This document shows positions 19,565 through 29,625 of a stretch of DNA of 64,000 bases, one piece after another; the stretch's first letter is position 1, and each line of letters begins with the position of its first letter. The notes under the pieces are model-generated. The model was not told the origin of the DNA. It saw nothing but the letters and a program-made list of their open reading frames with translations, and searched no databases. The DNA is from Carpediemonas membranifera BICM (lineage: Eukaryota > Protista > Fornicata). The position numbers and the translations under genes are program-made. Location: positions 434,001-498,000 of the forward strand of contig JAHDYR010000066.1 in the NCBI GenBank assembly GCA_019828565.1, written 5' to 3'.

Positions 19565-22318
19565 TTATCTAGCGCCGACCTTGGTCAGCAGCTGCTGTGT
19601 GGCAGCGGCTTTAGCCCTGCTGTTTGCATCCTGTGTGTTGGCGTGGAGGCGTTCGACGAACGCGTCCACGATCTTCCGTTGCTGGGCCTCCAAAGCCGCG
19701 GCGCGGGTGCCGACGAGGGCGACCCAGTCGTAGATCATGAACACACCAGCCTTGTATATCTCCTCACCGACGAACTGGTTGTCGGCAACGGCGAGCAGTG
19801 CGCTCACCATGGCCGCGACAGACCGCAGCTGGTCAGTCAGGAACTCGTTGAGTGGCGCGTTCTGCTTGGCCGCGAGGAACGTCGCCCTGAGCATGACGAA
19901 GGTCGAGTCCAGCACCTGCTCAGCGCCGTCGATCAGCTCGTCGACCTCGTCGCCCGCGATGCCGAGCTCGTTCTCCTGGTTGACGCGCTCGAACTGCTTC
20001 GCTTCCTTGTGGGTCGTCTCAAGCACGGACGAGAACAACGGGGCGGCGAACCGGGGCTCGAAGACCGTCGGCAGGTAGAGGGCGACGTCGCCGAGAGCCT
20101 GATACGCCGCCGCAAGGGCACCCTCGGAAATGCGGCCGCTCTGGAGCATATTAAGGACGCCCGACACGAAGAGGGCCACGCGCTCTCTCATGGCGCGGGG
20201 GGCAGCCCGGATGAGGTCCGACACGACGCCGATCGCCGTGGCCTGCAGGTCTGCGGCCTCTTCTCCGGGGTCACAGTCGGCGAGGATGACCTGGTAGCCG
20301 TCGATGGCGCCGTGGCTGGTGGTGACCTGCGCGGCGAGGAGCATGGGGACGAGAGCGTCCTCGCAGGCGTCCGTGAAGGCCGAGATGGCGTAGAGCGCGT
20401 CCTCGGCGACGTCGGGGTGCTGATCCTTATTGGCGAGGATGCACACGGTCTGCACGAGCTGCTGGTCGATCTTGGGCCGCATCATGGCGGGTGCGACCGT
20501 CGCGAGTGACCGCAGACAGTTGCACATGCCCTCGAGGTAGATCACCGTGCGCGACTGTGGCATGTCGGAGCTGCTGACGACGGCGCTGTAGATGACGCCG
20601 AGCTCGCTGTAGACGGCGTCCATCATCTCCCCCATGCGGGGTGACCCTTCGGGCATCGCCCGGATCAGCATGTCAATGGCACCGAAGCACGCGGCCCCCA
20701 GGTTGGCCTGGTCGGCGTCGGGGCGCTGTGCTGCACGGAGGAGGCACTTGATCATGGGCGTGATCCATAGGGAGACGTCGCGGTCCGTCAGCTCCATGAA
20801 GTGGCGCCCGATCTTAGAGAACGCCCAGGCGGTGTTGGAAACGACCGAGGGCTTCTCCTGCTCGGACGTCAGCCGGCTGTACAGGGCGGACATGACGAAG
20901 TTGAGGTCGTTGTCCGACGAGAAGACGTCGAAGTGGTGTTCGCAGATGCGGCCGAGACACCAGGACGCGGCGTCCCGCACGCTGTCTGTGGGGCTGGGGC
21001 TGTCCGAGAGGGCCCCCACGATCACGGGCAGGGTAGGCTGGAGCAGGGGCTGGACGGCCGCTGTGGACGAGTCCTCCACAACAGCGCCGATCGCCGTGAT
21101 GGCCGCGACGACCTCGCCGACGGGACGGCCCTGTGCGGTGAGGGCGTCGACGATGGGCTTCACGAGCCACGTCACGACGGCATCACCCACGGCCCTCGCG
21201 ATCAGGCTGAGGGCCGTTGTGCAGGCCGTGGCGACGCACCACTCGTCTGGGTCGACGGCGTCCTCGATGTTGGCGACCAGAGCGTTCAGGAGGACGGGTA
21301 GGACCGCCTGGCAGTGAGATGCCAGGAAGGTGTTGGTGGCGTCGCTGTCGATCTCATTGTCCGCCGCCTGGCACCAGAACTCGATCGCGGGCATCGCCAC
21401 GGCGTCAGCGTCCATGTCGTCCTGCCCAGTGGCCGCGATGGCCTTCAGGGTTGCCTGCACGACCCGCTGCACGACTGTGGTCTGGTCGGGAAGGGGCGGG
21501 ATCCCCGAGGCCACGGGGTCGTACACTGACTCGTACTTCACCTCGATGGCGCGGACCAGGGCCTGCATGGCGGCCGTGCGGAGCTCGGGGGTCTGGCCCT
21601 GCTCGATCTTATCGAGGACGATGCTGAGGACGTTGAGATGGTCGGGGAGCTCGGTCGCCATGACGATAATGGGGACAAGCGCATTGGTGGCGGCCTCCTG
21701 GACCTCAGTGGAGACCTGCAGGCCCGAGGGGACGCCCATGTTGTTGACGATGGCCTCGAACAGGGCCTTAGAGTGCGGCACGAGCTTCAGCTTCTCAACA
21801 TCCTCGCACACGTACTGCATCACAGTGAGGTACGCGATCTTGGTCGAGTCATCGATCTGATTGGGCGCAGCGGGGTTGTAGCAGGCTTGCCCGACCCTGC
21901 TGAAGAACTCGGGCCAGGAGTCGTTGTTGACCTCAACCACCGCAACAGCAGACGCCGCAATGGAAATCTGCCTGCGGATGTGGTTCTCGCGGACGGACAG
22001 CGCCGAGAGGATGTTCTCACGAACGGCACAACGGAGCTCGGCCGGCAGCTGCATGTACATCGGCTTCTTGGCTGCAATCTTGAGCGCCATGGCAGCAATT
22101 CCACGGGTATGCGGCTCAGCCTGGTTGTCCATCAGTAATTCCATAAGTCTAGTCACGAGGTCGTCCAGGTGGCTGTTGGCGTAAGCATTGAACTCCTCGA
22201 GAGCCCCACGGTCGCCACTGCCCAATCTGCTAATGAAACGCTAGAGTAAGACAGTAAAGAGTACACATACCACTAGAATAAGGTTCTAAGAAGCATACAT
22301 ACCGAAATCAGCGCTCAT
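19565..22318 (-). CDS. Importin beta-1/Kap95-like; exons 22303-22318, 22271-22272 (2 nt), 19565-22240
   Basis: AIEFWCQAADNE, DEWCVATACTTALSLIA, VRDAASWCLGRICE, RPDADQANL. The N-terminus MSADFVRFISRLG is recovered by splicing two 30-nt GTATGT..CTAG introns. Confidence 0.8.
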
Positions 22319-22604
22319 TGAACTCTCTTCGTGAGAAAAAATTTTGTCGAATTTTCAGAGCCCCTTTCCGGCGGAATGATGAGGCCATGCCTACCTCTTG
22401 CCGGTAGAAACGACGCTACAGAACGAGTTCTCCCCACCCCTGCCCGAAAAAAATATTTGGCCGCCGAATGCATCCGACAGGGATCAAATTGAACACCGCC
22501 TGACCAGAGGCAACAGGGTCCGTGCAATCACATTCAGCGCCTGTATAATAGTCGCCTGCAACTGATTCCTGTCCTGGATATCATCCCTAGCCTAAAAGCC
22601 AGAT

Positions 22605-24752
22605 TTACTGAATCTCGGCGTGTTCCGTGTTCCGGAGAAGTTGCATGATTGCGTCAAATCTCCGGTCGATGTGCTCCAGCAGCTCATCCTTGATCTCGCT
22701 GATGTCCGACGACTCGCTGAAGTCGCTACTATCTCCCATCACGCTGGAGCTGAAGCTGCTGGCGTTGTCCTCGTCCTCCTTCGAGTGGAACAACCGGCGC
22801 CACCCCCGCTGCATGACCCCCGACTCCCGCTGGACAGCCCGGACCCGCTGATGGAAGGCGTCGGGCGGCATCTGGGTCTGCCGCTTGGGCGTGGACGGCT
22901 TGAGCAGGGGCTGATCCATGTCGCTGTCGCTGAGGGGGTCGTTCACTGCATGGGACGCCAGCACCTGCAGGCTGCGGCCAGGGGAGGGGGCGTCTCTGGC
23001 CCTGCCGGGCAGGACGCGGGTGCCGGCCACCGGGGAGCGGAAGGACTTGCGGCTGGGACTGCTGGAGTCGGCGAAGGAGGCCTGGCGCTTCTGGTGCATC
23101 CACTCCATGGCCTCGTGGGTCGACTCCGAGTCCGAGGAGGACGATGAGGAGGAGGAGGACCGGACCATTCGCTGCCACCGCTTCTTATCCGTACCGGTAC
23201 GGGCCTTGTAGCGCTGGGTGCGGTCGAATCTGTTGAACTTCTTGAGCATAACGCTGAAGATCTTGTCCTCGAAGAAGTCCGCCTGGATGTGATCCGACTG
23301 GCGCCCGAACACCGTGTCCCGGGAGTACTCGTAGGACTCCTCGATGATGTGCACGAAGACGTTGAGCACACCGCAGATGAAGAGGGTGATGAAGCAGTAG
23401 AGGTAGGTGCGGCTGATGACCGGCGAGGCGAGGTAGATGGCGTCGTACGTCTCGAGGATGACGTCGCCGTGCAGTATCGCGAAGAGGGTGACACAGGCCT
23501 GGCTGAAGTTGGAGAACTTGACGCTGTACTGGCTGAAGAGAGCGACGCCGCAGAGGGCGAACCCGAAGTAGATAGGCATGATGCTGACGATGAACTGCAT
23601 CAGGATGGGGGCACCTCGGCGGAGGGTCATGACCAGCATGTAGTAGTTCTTATCGAACTCAAAGTACCGCAGCATGTTGCAGAAGGCGAGCAGGGCACCC
23701 ATGCCGATGGCCAGGCGGATGAGGAGCTCGGGCACAGCGAAGTGCAGGATCGAGGCGATGTCGAGCAGCCCCGCGACAACGTTGAAGGCGTTCCCGGTCA
23801 TGGACAGAATGAACCAGAGGTTGAAGATGCGCAGCTTCTGTCGGAGGGGCAGGTCCTCCCAGGTCAGGCCCTGCAGCCGTCTCTTCTGCCGCTCGGTCAT
23901 GTTGGACATCGACAGCCGCTTGCGGAGCAGATTGAAGAGCTGGATGGACGCGATGATCGCACGGATGGCCAGGAACTGGGAGAAGACGGCGGTCACCACC
24001 AGCGACACGTCGAGCATGAAGCGGAGAGGAAAGTGGCTGAGGCCGTACACCCAGCTGTCGTTGTCTATCTTGCCCTCGGGCGTCAGCATCACGCCCGCCC
24101 GGCCGCCGTTGTGGTCCAAGTCGACCGTCATTGTCACGTCCCAGATGTACGGCACGTGACGCTGTGACATCTCCCAGAGCATGACGTGGGAGATCTTGAA
24201 ACGCATGGCGATGCTGTCGGTATTGTCCAGCAGCGCTATGAGCTCGTGGTTGTCCATGCTGAACGGGTACAGGTCCGTCTTGTCCCGCCAGTGGAGCGAC
24301 AGGGGCACGGTCGTGAACTCGGACTCGATGTTCATCCATGAAGAGTTCTGCATGACAACACTGACCTCTATCGGCGACACCACCTCCCCGTCGGAGATGA
24401 AGTCGAACAAAGAGAGGCTCTGCTCGTTGATGTCGAAGTACGTGTCTCGGAACGTCTTGGCAACGGTCCGGAGGGCATCAATCGAGGTTACAAAGTGCTG
24501 CTGCTCCTTGTTGTCCCCGTCGCCGGCCACAGGATCAACAAACCGGTCGGCGAACATGCCCTGAACAGCCGTGGAGTACTCCGCGAAGATCTGGAAGGGA
24601 ATCATGACCTGCATCATGCACAGGATTACAATGGCCAGATGCGTGAAGAACTTCCACGGGAATCTACCGTGGTACTTCCACTTGGCCCAGGGGGAGAGGA
24701 AGAACTTGTCCTCAGCAGTGAGAGGGCGTCGTTGTATGAAATAGAGGCGCAT
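22605..24752 (-). CDS. Mucolipin (TRPML) cation channel
   Basis: KFFLSPWAKWKYHGRFPWKF (mucolipin N-terminal signature), six TM helices, pore LFAILHGD, SRTYLYCFITLFI, Ser-rich tail. Confidence 0.88.
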   Translation of the reverse strand: MRLYFIQRRPLTAEDKFFLSPWAKWKYHGRFPWKFFTHLAIVILCMMQVMIPFQIFAEYSTAVQGMFADRFVDPVAGDGDNKEQQHFVTSIDALRTVAKTFRDTYFDINEQSLSLFDFISDGEVVSPIEVSVVMQNSSWMNIESEFTTVPLSLHWRDKTDLYPFSMDNHELIALLDNTDSIAMRFKISHVMLWEMSQRHVPYIWDVTMTVDLDHNGGRAGVMLTPEGKIDNDSWVYGLSHFPLRFMLDVSLVVTAVFSQFLAIRAIIASIQLFNLLRKRLSMSNMTERQKRRLQGLTWEDLPLRQKLRIFNLWFILSMTGNAFNVVAGLLDIASILHFAVPELLIRLAIGMGALLAFCNMLRYFEFDKNYYMLVMTLRRGAPILMQFIVSIMPIYFGFALCGVALFSQYSVKFSNFSQACVTLFAILHGDVILETYDAIYLASPVISRTYLYCFITLFICGVLNVFVHIIEESYEYSRDTVFGRQSDHIQADFFEDKIFSVMLKKFNRFDRTQRYKARTGTDKKRWQRMVRSSSSSSSSSDSESTHEAMEWMHQKRQASFADSSSPSRKSFRSPVAGTRVLPGRARDAPSPGRSLQVLASHAVNDPLSDSDMDQPLLKPSTPKRQTQMPPDAFHQRVRAVQRESGVMQRGWRRLFHSKEDEDNASSFSSSVMGDSSDFSESSDISEIKDELLEHIDRRFDAIMQLLRNTEHAEIQ

Positions 24753-25036
24753 GATAAGAAATTACTAATTATGCAGGATCTATCTCTCGTTGGGCTACCA
24801 CGTGGAATCTAGCGCTAGTAGAGACCGCGGTGTCCGATGCGCCATAAACTGCACAGCAGTCTTCCCCGGTCCTCGAGGTCTTTCGCTGCCAAAAGTCAAA
24901 CGTCTCCGTTGGCACCATGTCTAGAGCTGAGCCTAGCAGGCCCCTGTTTCGACTGGACGAATCGGGACCCACCCGTCAAGCGCCCTGTTCGCCATGTTGG
25001 TATTCTATGCCGTTTACGTTATTGACCTGTTGAGCC

Positions 25037-26505
25037 TCAGTGTTTGTGGTGGAAGCCGTCGACCATGGACTTCAGGTAGACGTACAACGCCCGCATGCTG
25101 GAGATGAAACCACCGACGCCGAAGATGGTACCGGCCACGAGAAGGGTGACGCACGCCACGACGAAGATGATCGTGAGCCACGTGGGGTCCTTCTTGCCGA
25201 CGATGCCCATCATGCGGAGGCGGAGGTAGAAGAGGGCCGGGAAGATATAGACGACGCATGTGCCGGCGACAGAGCCAGAGATGCCGAGGACAATGGAGAT
25301 CTTGTTGACGGCAATGGCAAGGAAGCTGGACCCAACGATGGCGACAAGGGTGACGCTGATGTGGCGGAGGTACGTGTCCTTCGTCCAGGAGAGAAAGACG
25401 TTGCAGATGTTCCGGCGCCAGGCAAAGCACACGAGTGGGTATGAGAAGGCGATGGTGAAGGCCATGGCGAGGCGGCCGACAATGGCAGCGAGGTCGCGCA
25501 TGGAGTAGGAGTTGAGGATGTCATCCTGGGCCTCCTGTCGGAAGGAGAGGTACCCGCTGAGTCCCATTGCGAGGTAGGACACGATGCACACGAGGACAGA
25601 AGGCAGGATGACGACCTGAGACTTCTTCTCGGACCGACCCTTGAGCTCAGCGTAAATGTTGAAGACGTTGTAGTGGGCCGTGAAGGAGACGCCGAGCAGG
25701 GGCAGGGCGAGGAAGAAGTTCAGACTGGGGTTGACTAGGCGGATGGCGCCACGGTCGGCAATGCCGCTGAACCCGATGGCGTGTATGTCGTAGAAGAGGT
25801 GGACGGTCACGACGAAGATGGTGACGAAGATGTTGAAGATGGCGATCATCGACGTGAAGCGAAGGAAGTCGATGCGGGGCAGCGCGCACAGTGGCAGGAG
25901 CAGGAAGGTGGAGATGATGATGATGATACCCGGGGGGTTGCACAGCACCGTGTAGATGATGCCGAAGTGCTCGGGGATGAAGGCCCGGAAGATGTCGGAT
26001 ACGAAGTCGCCCAGGATGATGGGGTAGCTGATCAGGGTGCCGGTCGTGTACAGAACAAGGATAAACTCAGCGAACACGGCGAAATACTTGCCGAAAGCGA
26101 TGCGGGCGATGCCCTTGTACGAGTACTGCCGTGTCGCTTCACCGCACTTGATCAGGATCGTGAAGGCCGTGTATGACAGCGATGCGACGAAGATGATGAG
26201 GGCTATGCCGCCGATAAGGCCGGCGGACGATATGGCGAAGGGGATCGAGAGGGTGCCAGCGCCCATGATTGTGTTGGACTGTGTGAGGCAGGGATGGGCG
26301 TACAAACCAGGTTGAAGATCGAGGAGAAGAGAGAAGCCTTCCCGGGGGGCACGGGATCATTGCCGATGCGGGGAAGGTCGTCATCGGAGGGCTTGTCGGC
26401 TGTCTCGCCGTCAGCGAGAAGCGGAGCGTCTTCCGTGAGCAGAGGCGCATCATCGCCAAGATAATCGTCAACTATTGTCTCCTCAGCATGAATACCGTCG
26501 CTCAT
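25037..26505 (-). CDS. AAAP/SLC38-family amino acid transporter; intron 26279-26307
   Basis: Splicing a 29-nt GTTTGT..CAG intron gives SSIFNLSNTIMGAGTLSIPFA, the family signature. About 11 TMs. N-terminal DDAPLL and EDAPLL dileucine motifs. Confidence 0.9.
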
Positions 26506-26829
26506 TGCTGTTAGCGCGAAGATTCTGCTTAAGAGTCGTCTGAAGTCGTCCATCGACCGCGGCATTCGAAATCAGATTCGTCTCATCTCATGTTGGACCT
26601 CGAGCACCTCGCTGACCAACCCACTGCCTCAGCTTGCAAATTCCACCCGCCTGACGTCACTCACTTTTGAGACCTTCTCTCGGGGCAGACTCAACTTGCA
26701 GTATTCAGCTGGCTCCACTCGATGTTGACTCGAGGGGCTGTCTTCACTGATAGCTGCTCTTCTATGGCTCTCCAACCAGCTTACCCTCCCAATCGCAGTT
26801 TAAGGATCATGCTCGCGAGGCGTCTTGCA

Positions 26830-28365
26830 ATGGCTGACACAGAGTCACTTGAAAGCGCTGGAAGGACCAATGTAGTAGCTCTTATTCGCGACGTTCACAA
26901 GGCAATGCGGTCGATGATCGAGAACGATGTTGTGAAGTTTTTGATGAGCTTGACCCCGGAGGAGATCCAGAAGTTCGACAATGAGGTCTATATTGGCAGT
27001 ATCATCGAGATTCGCAGCGGTATGCACGCTCTCGCTGATCCGTTTCAGAAGAACTATGATTTCGAGTTTTCCACGTTCAAGCAGACGATGACGAATGAGT
27101 ATGTGGCGGCGTGCGTCGAGACGATGACGGAATGGATCCAAAGGCTGTCTCCCGATCTCGGTACGTGGAGCGAGCAGCATCAGTCGTACCAGCCGGCGAC
27201 GCCCTTCATCGTCCTGTCCATCTTGGTGCTCGTACCCGACGGGAACATGATCGAAAAGGTCGCTGGGTTCACCATCCTATCCAGAATCAGTGCCCTAACC
27301 TGCACCGCTAACATCGAGGCCATGATCGAGTTCTTTGAGCGGCTCCTGCTCGGCACACAGAAGATCAACGACAAGACATTCACGGACGACATCATGCTCG
27401 CAGACCTCTCAGCGCACATGTGGACGATCGCGTCCCACCTGATGATCCCGACGTCGTCCCCCGTGCACCGTGGCCGCGTCCTCTTGATGCTGTCTGTGCT
27501 CCTCGGGGAGCAGGTCGACCTGGCCGCGGTGAGGCCGGAGGTGACGCCCCTGATGGACCAGTCCGACGGGGCAGCCATGGACATCAGCGGCACCGCAGTC
27601 GACTCGCAGTTCTACGAGGCGACGTGGGCCCTCTGGGACGCCCTCCACAACTTCCCGGACGCCCTGGAGAACCCCACCCGCCTCCTCGACGCCGCCCGGA
27701 CCTTCCTGGACCTGCTGACGCGGCATGTGAGTGTGACCCGGCTGACCTGCCACAAGGCCCCCCCGCCTTTCATGAAGTCCGCCAGGCTGTTCAACCTTAT
27801 CGCAACAGACCAGAGGGCCCTGGGCGTTGTCGTCACGGGGCTGGGCGCGGCGCTGTCGACCTTGGCCCGAAGTGAAGCCGACCAGAGCAAGCGTGCCGGG
27901 GAGCTGCTGCGGGAGGTGCTCGAAGTGGCGGACGAGCACATGCCCGACGCTGCGGACATGGCGCGGAGGCTTGGACAGATTCAGGAGCACGAGGACGCTG
28001 AGATCGAGGTGATTGAGACGGCCGAGCTCGAGAACTGCCCCCAGCCCCGCATCGAGGTCGACGTCGAGGAGTTCGATGAGCTCGGCCTCATGAACCTCGG
28101 CTGCACTGAACTGGCGGCAGTGTGGGAGACGCATCACGAGGTCGAGGCGAATCACCACAAGACGGCTCTGGGTGATGTCATCGACGCCTGCGACTCCAAT
28201 GAGGACGCCGCATGGTTCGTGGCGTTGCGTGGTCTTGCAGAGAGCTCCGTGAAGGACTTCGAGGGCATATGCCGCGAGATGGCGACCCAGGCGACCATCC
28301 CGAGCGCCGTGCGGAAATACCAGGAGATTGTCGGGATTCCGGGGAAGCGCGCCAGGGTCGACTGA
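26830..28365 (+). CDS. THOC1: THO complex subunit 1 (THOC1/Hpr1)-like
   Basis: HRGRVLLML, DSQFYEATWAL, FMKSARLFNL, NLGCTELAAVW and WFVALRGLA match THOC1 blocks in order. The start may be further upstream (ORF begins 26722). Confidence 0.6.
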   Translation: MADTESLESAGRTNVVALIRDVHKAMRSMIENDVVKFLMSLTPEEIQKFDNEVYIGSIIEIRSGMHALADPFQKNYDFEFSTFKQTMTNEYVAACVETMTEWIQRLSPDLGTWSEQHQSYQPATPFIVLSILVLVPDGNMIEKVAGFTILSRISALTCTANIEAMIEFFERLLLGTQKINDKTFTDDIMLADLSAHMWTIASHLMIPTSSPVHRGRVLLMLSVLLGEQVDLAAVRPEVTPLMDQSDGAAMDISGTAVDSQFYEATWALWDALHNFPDALENPTRLLDAARTFLDLLTRHVSVTRLTCHKAPPPFMKSARLFNLIATDQRALGVVVTGLGAALSTLARSEADQSKRAGELLREVLEVADEHMPDAADMARRLGQIQEHEDAEIEVIETAELENCPQPRIEVDVEEFDELGLMNLGCTELAAVWETHHEVEANHHKTALGDVIDACDSNEDAAWFVALRGLAESSVKDFEGICREMATQATIPSAVRKYQEIVGIPGKRARVD

Positions 28366-28406
28366 ACGGCGTGAATACTGTGGACTAAACGGATCATGGG
28401 GCATTT

Positions 28407-29459
28407 ATGTTTGTTACATGCGTTTTTGGCTGTTCTAAAACAGCAACATCGAAAGCCAGTCGTGAGAACGGCAACAGCAACATGGTCAGCACTTGCGGAG
28501 TTGGCGATTGCATTCCATTCAGGAGAAAGAAGATCTCCAACCTCCTCATCAAGAAGCGCTACCTCATTGACGGCGGGGAAGGTACACAGCTGGGGTCGGG
28601 GAGCTATGGCCGTGTATATGCGGGCCGCTGCATCGAAACTGGCACCGGTGTTGCTGTTAAGATTGAACGCCGAGGCCGTAACAGCCTACAGAAGGAGGCT
28701 GACATTCTCATCAGCCTCAAGGACGCTGGCGTTGAGGTCCCATCGGTCTATTTCTCGGGAAAACAGGGTCGATACAGCCTGCTCGTGATGGACCTGCTGG
28801 GCCCCACGCTCGAGGACGTGCTGCAGCTGGTCTGCCAGTACAAGCCGAGCGGGGCGAAGTCCTTCACACTCATCACGTCCATCGTCATCGCACTACGACT
28901 GCTCGACAACATGCAGAGCCTGCACATGGCCGGTGTGGTGCATCGGGACATCAAGCCCCAGAACTTCATCTTCACGCTGGACCCCCGAGAGAACCGGCTC
29001 GCCCTCATCGACTACGGTCTGTCGAAGAAGTTCAGCGCCATTAGGGCAGATACGAAGACTGACAAGCTGATTGGAACCCCGCGGTTTGCCTCCATCAAGG
29101 CGCACAAGGGCATGGCATATTCATACGGCGACGACCTCGAGAGCCTCGCATACACCCTCATTTACATAGCCAAGGGCTCACTGCCCTGGTGGGACGTCGA
29201 CGCCGAGACCCCGCAGGCTGGGTTTGAGATCATGCGCCGTAAGAAGCAGACGATGAGCGGCCCGGCCATCGCGGATGGACTGCCCTCCGTGTTTGGCGAG
29301 ATGATCGACTCGGCCCGAAACCTCGAGTTCGGGACCCTCCCGGACTATGACCGGATCCGTGCGGGATTCCGGTCCCAGCTGATCGCCCACCACGGGACCG
29401 GGACGCCTGCAGACCTGGCCATGATCCGGTGCGACTGGGCGGTGTTCGCTGACGTGTGA
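28407..29459 (+). CDS. Casein kinase 1 family kinase
   Basis: LGSGSYGRVY, VAVKIE, LVMDLLGPTLED, HRDIKPQNF, IDYGLSK, GTPRFASIKAH, DDLESLAY. Confidence 0.93.
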   Translation: MFVTCVFGCSKTATSKASRENGNSNMVSTCGVGDCIPFRRKKISNLLIKKRYLIDGGEGTQLGSGSYGRVYAGRCIETGTGVAVKIERRGRNSLQKEADILISLKDAGVEVPSVYFSGKQGRYSLLVMDLLGPTLEDVLQLVCQYKPSGAKSFTLITSIVIALRLLDNMQSLHMAGVVHRDIKPQNFIFTLDPRENRLALIDYGLSKKFSAIRADTKTDKLIGTPRFASIKAHKGMAYSYGDDLESLAYTLIYIAKGSLPWWDVDAETPQAGFEIMRRKKQTMSGPAIADGLPSVFGEMIDSARNLEFGTLPDYDRIRAGFRSQLIAHHGTGTPADLAMIRCDWAVFADV

Positions 29460-29625
29460 GGCCCCTGGGTGCTGTGATGATATGACACTAAGGTGCGGGG
29501 CGATGTAAATGATAAGCGTCAGGTCGGATCATCGAAGGTTGCATCCCTGCTTCCTTTATAAATGGCCATGACTCACCTTTCACCGCATCATAAAGCCTCT
29601 ATAGTTTATAAGCAAGTCCCTTCAG

